Below are positions 10,728-21,275 of a DNA stretch of 64,000 nt, in pieces; position 1 is the first letter of the stretch, and each line of letters starts with the position of its first letter. The notes beneath the pieces were generated by a model. It had not been told where the DNA came from, ran no database searches, and worked only from the letters and a program-made list of their open reading frames with translations. The stretch spans positions 9,994-73,993 of the forward strand of contig DATDXE010000014.1 in NCBI GenBank assembly GCA_036517255.1. Direction: 5' to 3'. Origin of the DNA: Minisyncoccota bacterium (GTDB taxonomy: Bacteria > Patescibacteriota > Minisyncoccia > Phycocordibacterales > WO2-35-19). The position numbers were made by a program, and so were the translations under genes.

Positions 10728-11189
10728 ATGGTTGAAGTCACAAATATAGAAGAACATAGAAATAGATACCCGAAATATTCGCAAGTGCGTCAAAATACCG
10801 AGGAGCAAGAAGAACCAGAAAAAAAACAAAGGATTAAACTATGGATGGGAGCGTGCCTTATAGCGGCAGCTGGATCTATCGACCTGATACAAGCGTTACT
10901 TACTCTTGTTGCTATCGGAATAGTAATTTCTCCAATCATATCCGTGGGAGCAACATTCTTATTTTGGCTATGGCTGACTATTTTAGGAGTACCTTTTGGC
11001 ACAAGCCCGAAAAGGCTAGCTATAATGGCTACACAAGCTGTGGCTGAACTTTTTCCTGCTATTGACGCACTTCCAATACTAACAACAGGAACAATATTGT
11101 TAGTCTTAATCACCAGATCAGAAGACAGGGGTGGTATAATTGGAAAAGTCGCCAGTAAAGCGCAGGGCACTTTGAAGAAAGCGGCCTAG
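10728..11189 (+). CDS. Membrane protein
   Basis: 153 aa with several hydrophobic segments. Confidence 0.7.
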   Translation: MVEVTNIEEHRNRYPKYSQVRQNTEEQEEPEKKQRIKLWMGACLIAAAGSIDLIQALLTLVAIGIVISPIISVGATFLFWLWLTILGVPFGTSPKRLAIMATQAVAELFPAIDALPILTTGTILLVLITRSEDRGGIIGKVASKAQGTLKKAA

Positions 11190-11201
11190 TTTGTATATTT
11201 T

Positions 11202-12215
<1,014 letters not shown>

Positions 12216-12223
12216 TTATACAA

Positions 12224-13018
12224 ATGATTAAACTTGCTCAACAACGACAACAACTGGAGTACAAAGTGCTTGCTCCGTTACCTGGTACAACCATTGGTAA
12301 TAGAGGGGAGAAAGCTGACTTACAAAGTTATATTCCTGGTATTTTTAATTTGATTATAGGTCTGGCGGCAGTCATCGCCGTAACTAAAATAATTTTTGGC
12401 GGTTTCCAATACATAACCACTGACGCCATTGCTGGTAAGTCGGAAGGAAAGAAACAAATCCAAAGTGCGGTGTATGGGCTTATCATGATAATCGCTTCTT
12501 GGCTTATTCTCTACACCATAAACCCCCGCCTCCTAACATTTGATTTGAATGTGGGAACGGTCAATGTACCAGAAGCCGCAGTTACAAGTGGCACACTTGC
12601 TGCGACAGTCAGTTGTAACGACTGCATACACGTTACCGATGGAAGCATCGAGTTCAGAAATACGGGAACAAACTTAAGTGCCGGTATTATACCTCAAACA
12701 ACTTCATTAGATTTTGGTATGGATAATAACGGTATTAATTGGTGGATAAGCGAAGGTAATCCACCCACGGGAACCCACAGAGATCCATGTCATAATAATG
12801 GCACTTGTTTTGACGCAAAAATAGATAACATGTTGACTCTTAACAAAGATAGAGCCGATGAGATTAATATCTTTATACGTGAAGCAAAACAAAGTCAGTT
12901 TTCTGTTGTTTCTTTCGAAGTGACTAGCCAAGAACATGTGGCAGAATGGGCAAAATTGGGGGTAACTGCAATTTATAACGAAAATGCTACCGGTCCACAC
13001 TTTCATGTAGAAAAATAA
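12224..13018 (+). CDS. T4SS pilin-like (VirB2/TrbC) protein fused to a putative M15-type Zn peptidase domain
   Basis: Pilin signature GGFQYIT...GKKQIQSAVYGLIMIIASWLILYTINP; C-terminal HNNGTCFD (Hx6D) and HFH. Confidence 0.65.
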   Translation: MIKLAQQRQQLEYKVLAPLPGTTIGNRGEKADLQSYIPGIFNLIIGLAAVIAVTKIIFGGFQYITTDAIAGKSEGKKQIQSAVYGLIMIIASWLILYTINPRLLTFDLNVGTVNVPEAAVTSGTLAATVSCNDCIHVTDGSIEFRNTGTNLSAGIIPQTTSLDFGMDNNGINWWISEGNPPTGTHRDPCHNNGTCFDAKIDNMLTLNKDRADEINIFIREAKQSQFSVVSFEVTSQEHVAEWAKLGVTAIYNENATGPHFHVEK

Positions 13019-14256
13019 TGTCCACTAAAAAGAAAATTTTAATATTGGGAATAGTCGTGATGGTGGGACTAGCGGCGTTTTTGGTTTTGTCATCCGAAAA
13101 AAGTAGCACTCCGATGGAAGAAAGAGGGTTTAGTTTAAGAAATTTCTTCCCCTTTGGTAATCCAGAGACTGATTTCGTAGAAACACAGAATACAAACGAG
13201 GAAGAAGTGGGACCAGAAACAAATTTTACCAATGATGGAGAAACAAAATTGCCTAAACTTAGAAAAATTTCAAACGAGCCTGTAGCTGGAGCAGTATTAT
13301 TGAATTCCGGTTCAACTACAATCGTAAGATTTGTTTACAAAAGTACTGGAAACGTATACGAGGCTCGTTCTGACTCTTCTACAATAAGTCGTATTACAAA
13401 TACTACCATACCTAAAATAAACAGGGCCATTTGGCTACCTGATGGAAGCGGCTTTCTGACCCAAAAAGCAGGAGAGAGCGGATTTGTCGAAACTTCTTAT
13501 ATTAGACTTAGATCGAGCACAGCTACTTCAAGTGAAATCACGACTCGCTATGAAACAGTGACCTCAAATTTACCTTCAGACATAGAAGAAATAGCTCCCA
13601 GTCCTGATAGTAAAAAAATATTTTATTACACCGCCGAGGCCGGAATGAAAGGTTTCTTAGCTAATCCTGATGGCACCAACCCATCTCTGGTTTATAGTGG
13701 CACTGTAGCAGAATGGACAATAGAGTGGTTTGGAACAAATTCGATACTACTTACAACTAAAGCTAGTTTCGGTTCTGAATCATTCGGCTATTTACTTAAT
13801 CCAACAAACAAATCTACAAGCAAGATATTCGGGGGAATCATGGGAGGGAGCGCCCTCACAAGAGGAGATGGTAAATATATTTTGACCTCTTCTGGAGGAA
13901 GCTCTCCCTTCTTACTATCCATCAATACAGCTTCTTCAGAGACAGCAGCAGATCTTTTGGTAAAAACTTTTAGTGAAAAGTGTGCTTGGAAAGGAAATAC
14001 ATTGTTTTTGATTTGTGGTATACCCAAAGTAATACCTTCCGGTAATTACCCTGATGCTTGGTACCAGGGGATACTCAGCACAAACGATTTCGTCGACATG
14101 ATAGATATAGAAAGAAAAACTGTAACTCCTATATCCGACCCAGAAAAAGAAACGGATGAAAAAATAAATGTAGATAAAATGATGATTTCTAAAGACGGGC
14201 GATACGCCTCTTTCCTAAACAAAGAGGATCAATCGTTATGGCTTTTGGAAATTTAA
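13018..14256 (+). CDS. Membrane-anchored beta-propeller (TolB/WD40-like) protein
   Basis: N-terminal TM; WLPDGS, SPDSKKIFY, SKDGRY repeats. Confidence 0.7.
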   Translation: MSTKKKILILGIVVMVGLAAFLVLSSEKSSTPMEERGFSLRNFFPFGNPETDFVETQNTNEEEVGPETNFTNDGETKLPKLRKISNEPVAGAVLLNSGSTTIVRFVYKSTGNVYEARSDSSTISRITNTTIPKINRAIWLPDGSGFLTQKAGESGFVETSYIRLRSSTATSSEITTRYETVTSNLPSDIEEIAPSPDSKKIFYYTAEAGMKGFLANPDGTNPSLVYSGTVAEWTIEWFGTNSILLTTKASFGSESFGYLLNPTNKSTSKIFGGIMGGSALTRGDGKYILTSSGGSSPFLLSINTASSETAADLLVKTFSEKCAWKGNTLFLICGIPKVIPSGNYPDAWYQGILSTNDFVDMIDIERKTVTPISDPEKETDEKINVDKMMISKDGRYASFLNKEDQSLWLLEI

Positions 14257-14967
14257 CCTTTTCTTTATCCAAAGATCTTGGGCAATACCAAGAAGATTGG
14301 ACACGGCCCAATAGAGAGCAACTACACCAGAAATACGCCAAGAGACAAAAAATACTATGGCTGGAAGGAAATACCTCATCTGCATAGACATAACACGGGA
14401 AAGATCGTCTTTGAAATCAGGCTTCTTACCTGGAACAACAGGGGAAGGAGACGGGGTAGTAATTTTCATCTGGAAAAAGCTGGTGATCGCGGCAAGAAAA
14501 GCTAAAAAAATATTTTTACTTGCCACATCTATGAGGCCTAGAAAATTGGTAGAGACCACCTCTGGCGCCTGAACAAAAGAGTACAGCATTTCACTATTTA
14601 CCGAAGGAAAACCGGCGTAAGTAAATATGTGATAGAGAGAATAAATAATGGGAATTTGGATAAGAATGGTGACAAAACTAGAAAATGGATTGATTTTATA
14701 CTTTTTATAAAACTCCATCGTCTTCAGAGCCTGCGCCTCTCTATTGTCCTTATACTTTTCTCTTATTTCATCAAGCTCACTCTGGTGTTCCTTCATTTGA
14801 AGCTGAGTAACAGAGGTTTTCTTCGCGAGAGGGTAGAGAATGACCTTGACGAGAAGAGTAAGAACTATGACAGAAAGACCTATGTCAGCCACAGGCAAGA
14901 CATCAAGAATAAAGACTAAGGCATTATAGAGGGGAGTATAAATTATTATTTTAAAGAAGGATATCAT
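14236..14967 (-). CDS. yidC: YidC/Oxa1 membrane protein insertase
   Basis: INPFSS..LIQIPI, LYWAVSN; rnpA-rpmH synteny. Confidence 0.93.
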   Translation of the reverse strand: MISFFKIIIYTPLYNALVFILDVLPVADIGLSVIVLTLLVKVILYPLAKKTSVTQLQMKEHQSELDEIREKYKDNREAQALKTMEFYKKYKINPFSSFVTILIQIPIIYSLYHIFTYAGFPSVNSEMLYSFVQAPEVVSTNFLGLIDVASKNIFLAFLAAITSFFQMKITTPSPSPVVPGKKPDFKDDLSRVMSMQMRYFLPAIVFFVSWRISGVVALYWAVSNLLGIAQDLWIKKRLNFQKP

Positions 14968-15280
14968 GTGATTTTAATAGGAGGGTTTTTACTTCTTGCT
15001 CTACTTCTTTATACTCTATAGGAACGTTATAAAATGATAGTTTAAAAAGAAAACCAGGTTTTATTTTTAACATAAATTCGCTTAAAGCCCTATAACCCCA
15101 ACGCCTTATCCTATTCCTATCGACAGCCCTTTTGGCTGTCTTTTTAGAAATAGAGACTGCGAACCTTGTATGTCCTTTACCTTCGAAAACATAGAGGGAA
15201 GATAGTTGTCCTTTATAGACCTTGCCGGGTCGACTGGAAGGCCAAAGGTTGCGAGGGATTCTCCTTGTCTTCGGTAACAT
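14951..15280 (-). CDS. rnpA: RNase P protein component
   Basis: SKKTAKRAVDRNRIRR (RNR motif). Confidence 0.9.
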   Translation of the reverse strand: MLPKTRRIPRNLWPSSRPGKVYKGQLSSLYVFEGKGHTRFAVSISKKTAKRAVDRNRIRRWGYRALSEFMLKIKPGFLFKLSFYNVPIEYKEVEQEVKTLLLKSHDILL

Positions 15281-15291
15281 TGTGGTTAAAA

Positions 15292-15426
15292 CTAAACCGA
15301 AAGCTTCTTCCTCCCTTTGCGGCGGCGAGCCAGGACCACTTTCTTTCCGCCAACCGTCCTTTTTCGTACTAGAAATCCATGGGCTTTTGCTCTTTTCCTT
15401 TTTTTTGGTTGATAGGTGATTGACAT
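15292..15426 (-). CDS. rpmH: 50S ribosomal protein L34 (not in the ORF track)
   Basis: Manual translation [44 protein letters not shown]. Confidence 0.95.
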   Translation of the reverse strand: MSITYQPKKRKRAKAHGFLVRKRTVGGKKVVLARRRKGRKKLSV

Positions 15427-15463
15427 GATCTTTAATTTGATTCTTTCATTACCGTACTAATGC

Positions 15464-15484
15464 TTATACACACATTATAAACAG
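15464..15484. promoter_or_regulatory. DnaA boxes upstream of dnaA
   Basis: TTATACACA at 15464-15472 plus a degenerate TTATAAACA. Confidence 0.7.
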
Positions 15485-15561
15485 CATTTAAGATTTTAAC
15501 AAGTTTGAAAAAAGTTAGACTTATATATAATTGGTTTCAAGAAGAAATCTTCAAACACGTT

Positions 15562-16908
15562 ATGATGGACACAAAACAACTTTGGGATAAAACTTTAGAA
15601 GAATTGGAAGCGTCTATCTCAAAGGCTAACTTCACTACCTGGTTCCGGGATACATATATATTGAGGTTCGAGGAAAGTGTAGTTTTTCTGTCAGTCCCAA
15701 ACACCTTCGTTCAAGAATGGCTTCTCAAAAAGTTTCATCAAACCATATTGCGAACCCTACGAGCTCTTTCCCCAGGAGTACATTCAGTGGAATACATGGT
15801 TTCCAAAGACGAAAGGAAGAAAAATACCATACCAGCTAAACCCATCGTCTCTCCCACTAGAGCTATGCCTCTCAACGATTTCTATATCAACAAGGAGGAC
15901 AACCTAAATCCGCGTTACACCTTCGAATCATTTGTTGTGGGGCCATTTAATGAACTGGCAAACGCGGCAGCCCAAGCAGTAATCAAAAATTTAGGTATCG
16001 CCTACAACCCACTCTTCATTTACGGATCAACTGGCCACGGCAAAACTCACTTGATACAAGCGGTAGGAAACTACGTGAAAAACAATTACCCCTCAAAGAA
16101 AGTTTTCTACACCACTTCGGAAAAATTTTCAGTAGATTACATAAATTCTGTCCAAGCAAACAAAGTAAACCTTTTTAAAGAAAAATACAGGAAATACGAT
16201 GTCATCATCATGGACGATATCCAGTTCTTCTCCAACAAAGAGAAGACTCAAGAGGAACTGTTCCACCTTTTTAATACCTTTCACGATAACAACAAACAAA
16301 TAATATTCTCTTCAGACAAGCATCCAAACATGATCCCAGATATAGAAGCTCGCCTCAAATCCAGATTTGGCGGAGGCATGATCGTCGATATACCAGAACC
16401 TGACCACGAATCGCGTATGGCTATAATCAAATCGAAGTTTTCCTCGACTGGCTTCATGCCTTCCCAAGAAACCCTGGATTTCCTGACTAAAGAGGTGTTG
16501 GGCAACATACGAGACATAGAAGGAATAATAAACTCCATAGTGGTCCAGACTGAGCTAAAGAAAAGGGAACTTAATTTTAACGAAATAAGAGATCTGATAA
16601 AGAACAACACTAAACCAAAAAAGACCCTCTCATATAAGGAGGTAATAAAAATAATTTCCGACTTCTATAAAATAAACGAGGAAAGTATATATGAGAAAAC
16701 TAGAAAAAAAGAGATCATCAAGCCACGGCAGATAATAATGTACATACTACGAGAAGATTTCAGCATCTCCTACCCATCTATAGGGGAAAAGCTCGGTGGC
16801 CGTGATCACACCACTGTAATCCACTCCTGCGAAAAAATAAAAAACGATATCAAGTCGAATGATTTATTGGTAAAAGAAATTCAACAGATAAGATCGATGA
16901 TAACCTGA
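15562..16908 (+). CDS. dnaA: Chromosomal replication initiator DnaA
   Basis: LNPRYTF, YNPLFIYGSTGHGKTHL, DDIQF, GGRDHTTVIH. Confidence 0.98.
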   Translation: MMDTKQLWDKTLEELEASISKANFTTWFRDTYILRFEESVVFLSVPNTFVQEWLLKKFHQTILRTLRALSPGVHSVEYMVSKDERKKNTIPAKPIVSPTRAMPLNDFYINKEDNLNPRYTFESFVVGPFNELANAAAQAVIKNLGIAYNPLFIYGSTGHGKTHLIQAVGNYVKNNYPSKKVFYTTSEKFSVDYINSVQANKVNLFKEKYRKYDVIIMDDIQFFSNKEKTQEELFHLFNTFHDNNKQIIFSSDKHPNMIPDIEARLKSRFGGGMIVDIPEPDHESRMAIIKSKFSSTGFMPSQETLDFLTKEVLGNIRDIEGIINSIVVQTELKKRELNFNEIRDLIKNNTKPKKTLSYKEVIKIISDFYKINEESIYEKTRKKEIIKPRQIIMYILREDFSISYPSIGEKLGGRDHTTVIHSCEKIKNDIKSNDLLVKEIQQIRSMIT

Positions 16909-17125
16909 AGATAAAATGTGTATAAGGTGTTTAAAAAAATTAATATAATTGGATTATAGAAAAATAAAAATGTTAGATTCACAGTTTCCACAAAACAATA
17001 CCCAACTCAAAAATAAGTTATATCCATTAAAAACGTTTGGATTAAACATTTTTAGTGGATATCCACATATACACACCCATAATAAGGCTTAATAAATTTT
17101 TATTTGAATAATTAATTAAAAAGAG
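16909..17125. other. Probable oriC (dnaA-dnaN intergenic region)
   Basis: TGTGTATAA at 16917-16925, ATATCCACA at 17059-17067, ATATACACA at 17067-17075; AT-rich flank before dnaN. Confidence 0.8.
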
Positions 17126-18232
17126 ATGAAAATCGAAACTACAGTAAAACAAATTTTCGGAATAATCGATAAAGCCGTAAGAGCTACAGGGAAAAATCTC
17201 TCCCTACCAGTACTTTCTTGTGTGTATATGACTGTGGATAAAGAAAATGGAATGTTGAAAGTAAAATCAACTAATTTGGATATTGGGTTGGAACTCAGTT
17301 TGAAAGTAAAATGTGAAGAAAGTGGAGTAGTGGCAGTACCGGCCCAGGTTTTCCTTGGTTTCCTTTCTTCTATCAAAAACGATTCTACTCTCACTCTGGC
17401 TTTGAATAATGGAAATCTTTCTGTTTCGACCAAGAACAATTCAAGTGTTATCAAGTGTATTCCGAGTGAAGATTTCCCAGAGATTCCTAAGGTTTCTTCT
17501 GGTAAAGAAACAACGATAAAGCCAAAAGAATTTATAAATGGCATAAAATCGGTTTGGTACAGCGCCTCAAATTCCAGCATAAAACCAGAACTCTCAAGTG
17601 TATACATTGCTCCGGGGGAACAGGAACTACTTTTTGTTTCCACTGACTCGTTCCGTTTGGCGGAGAAAAAGGTGCACTATAAAAAACCTACCGACTTCCA
17701 ATCTATACTCCTACCTTCTAAAAATATTCCAGATATTATAAAAATCATAGAGAGTTATGATGAAGAAATAAAAATATCTTTTGATAAAAATCAGGTCAGC
17801 TTTACTTTTACTGACGGTTTCCTGGTATCGCGAATTGTGGAAGGCTCGTTTCCTGATTACAAACAGATCATCCCTAAATCATCGGATACTTTTGTCACTG
17901 TACTCAAAAATGATTTTGTTTCGACCATACGCTCGGCCCAAGTGTTCTCTGACGCGTTTAACCAGGTCAGGTTCAAAGTAAATCCGAAAGACAGGAAGTT
18001 TACCATTGCCACCAAAAATAATGATGTGGGGGAATACACGGAGGATGTGCCGGCAAAAATAGAGGGGGAAGAGATGGAGATAAGTTTTAATCATAAATAT
18101 ATACTGGATTGTATGCAGTCGATTGATTCGGATAGCCTAGAGCTTAAGCTCTCTGGAGCCGGGAAGCCGATGATTATACAGGGGGCGGGGGATAAAAGTT
18201 TTAGCTATGTGGTGATGCCGATGAATAGATAG
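17126..18232 (+). CDS. dnaN: DNA polymerase III beta clamp
   Basis: STDSFRLAE, GSFPDYKQIIP, YVVMPM. Confidence 0.97.
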   Translation: MKIETTVKQIFGIIDKAVRATGKNLSLPVLSCVYMTVDKENGMLKVKSTNLDIGLELSLKVKCEESGVVAVPAQVFLGFLSSIKNDSTLTLALNNGNLSVSTKNNSSVIKCIPSEDFPEIPKVSSGKETTIKPKEFINGIKSVWYSASNSSIKPELSSVYIAPGEQELLFVSTDSFRLAEKKVHYKKPTDFQSILLPSKNIPDIIKIIESYDEEIKISFDKNQVSFTFTDGFLVSRIVEGSFPDYKQIIPKSSDTFVTVLKNDFVSTIRSAQVFSDAFNQVRFKVNPKDRKFTIATKNNDVGEYTEDVPAKIEGEEMEISFNHKYILDCMQSIDSDSLELKLSGAGKPMIIQGAGDKSFSYVVMPMNR

Positions 18233-18279
18233 ACCTCACCCGTCACTATCGTGTCGACCTCCCTTTGAGCAGGGGAGGT
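18233..18279. repeat. REP-like short palindromic repeat
   Basis: ACCTCACCC...ACCTCCCTTT-GAGC-AGGGGAGGT; related copy at 26758-26793. Confidence 0.6.
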
Positions 18280-18298
18280 AAAGCGGGGAAGAAACAAT

Positions 18299-18550
18299 AT
18301 GTTAAACATTAAAAGTTTTTTTCAGAAGTTTGCAAAAATACAAGAAGAGAGTGCGGCCTCGAAGGAGGGGATTACAAATGCTATTAAAAAAGTTACTGGT
18401 ATAAACCTCACTCCAAATAATTTTACTCTCGAAGAAGGCGTCCTTCGCCTTTCCGTAACTCCCATCATCCGAAACGAACTCTATATGCGCAAAGACAAAA
18501 TCATCTCCGAACTCACTTCTGCTGGTTTTAAAGTAAAAGAGATTAGATAA
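18299..18550 (+). CDS. Small protein, possibly DciA/DUF721-like
   Basis: 83 aa after dnaN; GVLRLSV...RNELYMRKDKII resembles DUF721. Confidence 0.5.
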   Translation: MLNIKSFFQKFAKIQEESAASKEGITNAIKKVTGINLTPNNFTLEEGVLRLSVTPIIRNELYMRKDKIISELTSAGFKVKEIR

Positions 18551-18577
18551 TCTTTTTAAAAACTACATAAGGCAAGA

Positions 18578-18603
18578 CCCCGCGACTTTTGACGGTCGCG
18601 GGG
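18578..18603. terminator. GC-rich hairpin between convergent genes
   Basis: CCCCGCGAC / GTCGCGGGG 9-bp stem. Confidence 0.6.
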
Positions 18604-18676
18604 CTGTTGGCGGGAACTTTTTTTGGAGGGGATTTGGCAGGGCTTGTGGCGGCAACGAATGTGCCGCCGGCGGGAT

Positions 18677-18988
18677 TTACTCGACGTTCTTTTTGCGGCG
18701 CAGGACGATGAATCCCAAAAACATCACAGCTAGAACTGCAGAGATGATGCGAATCATCACGTAGTCATCGTCGATCGCGATGGCCGCCTTGATCGGTGTC
18801 TCGCCGTACATGGCACTCTCGATCCTTCCCATGATGTTTTTGATGGACGCCGCTACTCCCGGCATTATTGAGGCCGCGGCGACGGTCACGAAACCGGCCA
18901 TCAGGGCGTATTCGATGAGATCCTGGCCATGCTGGCCTTTGCTCCGCAAGTAGCGGGGCGACGTTCCTGAACCATTCGGGTTTAGCAT
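18677..18988 (-). CDS. Flp/Fap (type IVb) pilin-like protein with an extra C-terminal TM segment
   Basis: GQDLIEYALMAGFVTVAA prepilin motif; own promoter TTGACA(19046-19041)-17-TATACT(19023-19018) and strong SD. Confidence 0.75.
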   Translation of the reverse strand: MLNPNGSGTSPRYLRSKGQHGQDLIEYALMAGFVTVAAASIMPGVAASIKNIMGRIESAMYGETPIKAAIAIDDDYVMIRIISAVLAVMFLGFIVLRRKKNVE

Positions 18989-19097
18989 TGGGCTAACCCT
19001 CCTTTCCTCTGTCCTAAAGTATAGCAGAATACAAGCTATATGTCAATAGCAAATTGTGCAAAATTATAAAATAAGCCTAGAAATAGGAGTTTTATAG

Positions 19098-21227
19098 CTA
19101 TTGGCCTTGGAAGTTTACAGTTGATTGGATGAAACTATTCTCCTGAAGCCACTTTTGAACGCCGTATTCCCAGTTGGCAAATTGAGAATCGTTTTGAGGG
19201 AATTCTGGCTTTGGACCTCGAGGGTCAGCTCTATTTACCCAGTATAGAATCGAATGTACTCCTTCACTCCCACCTTCGGCTTGCCACACTCCTCTTAATA
19301 TTGGTTTTAGTAAAGTAGTATCTTCCGGAGTTGGTTCTTCAAAAGATTCGTTGGGATAGAAGTGAAGAGCTCGATCCATAAAAGCGCGCCAGAGGGGAGC
19401 GACGATAAAGCCGGCTACTTGTTTATCCATCGGAGAGTTGTCATTGTTGCCAGCCCAAGCACCGACAGCGATGGAGGGAGTGTAGCCGATGATCCAGGCA
19501 TCACGATAGTCGTTGGTGGTACCGGTTTTGACAGCTACATCTTGAGAAGGAAAATGGAGGAAGGAAGAAGCACCAAAGGCGGGAGCCCTAGCTTCATTAT
19601 CGGAAAGAATGTCGGAAATTTTGAGAGTAATCTCTTTTTCCAAAACTTGAGTCGGATGAGGCTCTAGTTTTTCCACAATGTTTCCTTGTTTATCAGTGAT
19701 TTCCAATATCGGATTGACTTCATTCCTCATACCTTCATTGGCAAAGACGGAATAAGCTGAAGTAATTTCAAGTGGAGTAACTTCGCCACCTCCGAGAACG
19801 AGGGTGAGGCCATAGTCGCCTCTGTTTGAGAGGGATTGCATACCCATGTCGCGAGCTAGCCTTATAGAATCCTGCACTCCTGCTAGGTATAGAGCTTTCA
19901 CTGCAGGGATGTTTACTGATTGAGCCAAAGCATTCCTTATAGTCATCGGACCAGTAAATTTGAGGTCGTAATTGTCGGGGGAATAACAAGTGTTTAGACT
20001 AGTAAGATTATCGGGGGCACAAGCGGTAGCAAACTGGGTTTTAACATTAAATAGAATTGTTTCCGGAGTGTAGCCTTTTTGAAAAGCGACAGAGTAGACG
20101 AAAGGCTTGAAGGTGGAGCCTGGTTGCCTTTTGGCCAAAGTAACATTGAAAGCCCCATCGATTTCAGGATCGAAATAATCGCGACTGCCGACCATGACTA
20201 AGATGCCTCCAGTTTTCGGGTCGATAGCGGTGAGAGCAGCATTCTCAGCTTTAAACTTGATAACATTTTCGAGAGCATAATCGTGAGCGATATCCTGAGC
20301 CATCACCTGCAGTTCATAATTTAGAGTAGTTTTGACTTTGAGGCCTCCTTTTTCCAGGACGTCGTTACCGTATTTGTTTTTCAAGTGACTCATGACATAG
20401 AAAACAAAATGAGGAGCTTTAATACTCGAATCCTCTTTTGGTTTAAACTCGATCACCTCAGCTTTTGATTTGTTGTATTCTTCCTCCGAAATTACTTCTG
20501 TTTCTAGCATTTCGGCCAGGACTAAATTCTTTCTTGCTTCTAGTTTGTCGCGATTTTTACCGTAAGGCGAATAAAAAGTAGGAGCTTTAGGAATAGCGGC
20601 AACATAAGCGGCTTCAGTCAGATTTAATTCCGAAGCGTTTTTACCAAAGAAGGTTTCGCTAGCTTCCTCGATGCCGTACATGGTGCCTCCGTACGGAATT
20701 TCATTTAAGTACATGGAAAGGATTTCATCTTTGGAAAGAACTTTCTCCAGTCGGATAGCAAGCACCCACTCCTTTAGTTTTCTTGATATCCATTTCTCAT
20801 TTGTCAGAATAGAATTTTTAACCACCTGTTGAGTAATGGTGGAGCCACCTTGGCTGAAAGAGAGTGAAGTCAAATTGACGAGCATCGCTCTTATAAAAGA
20901 GGTCGGCTTCACTCCTTTGTGATTATAAAAATCCTGATCCTCTATTGCTATGGCGGCCTTTTTAGCATAATCGGAAATTTCCTCTATCGGTACAACCGTC
21001 CTTTTAGTGTTTTGTGATACATCGTAGAGAAGGACATTCCCGGTAGAGTCGTATATTTTGGTCGATTCAGCCACTCTGCGTTCCTGGATAGCTTGGAGAG
21101 AAGGTACTTTGAAGCTTGAAATCCAAAGGATGGCTACTGCTCCTATAAGCAAAGCGCAACCTAATAAAAAAATAGCGGCTGTTTTGAGCCCATGGCGGTG
21201 TTTAAAGTAAAAAATACGGAGATTCAT
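19098..21227 (-). CDS. Class A penicillin-binding protein (PBP1A family)
   Basis: EDQDFYNH, GGSTITQQ, RKLKE; SxxK (STFK), SVN, KTGT. Confidence 0.95.
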   Translation of the reverse strand: MNLRIFYFKHRHGLKTAAIFLLGCALLIGAVAILWISSFKVPSLQAIQERRVAESTKIYDSTGNVLLYDVSQNTKRTVVPIEEISDYAKKAAIAIEDQDFYNHKGVKPTSFIRAMLVNLTSLSFSQGGSTITQQVVKNSILTNEKWISRKLKEWVLAIRLEKVLSKDEILSMYLNEIPYGGTMYGIEEASETFFGKNASELNLTEAAYVAAIPKAPTFYSPYGKNRDKLEARKNLVLAEMLETEVISEEEYNKSKAEVIEFKPKEDSSIKAPHFVFYVMSHLKNKYGNDVLEKGGLKVKTTLNYELQVMAQDIAHDYALENVIKFKAENAALTAIDPKTGGILVMVGSRDYFDPEIDGAFNVTLAKRQPGSTFKPFVYSVAFQKGYTPETILFNVKTQFATACAPDNLTSLNTCYSPDNYDLKFTGPMTIRNALAQSVNIPAVKALYLAGVQDSIRLARDMGMQSLSNRGDYGLTLVLGGGEVTPLEITSAYSVFANEGMRNEVNPILEITDKQGNIVEKLEPHPTQVLEKEITLKISDILSDNEARAPAFGASSFLHFPSQDVAVKTGTTNDYRDAWIIGYTPSIAVGAWAGNNDNSPMDKQVAGFIVAPLWRAFMDRALHFYPNESFEEPTPEDTTLLKPILRGVWQAEGGSEGVHSILYWVNRADPRGPKPEFPQNDSQFANWEYGVQKWLQENSFIQSTVNFQGQ

Positions 21228-21275
21228 GTAAATGCGATTATACCAAGAATTAGCCTTTTATGATAGAGTTTTTGT

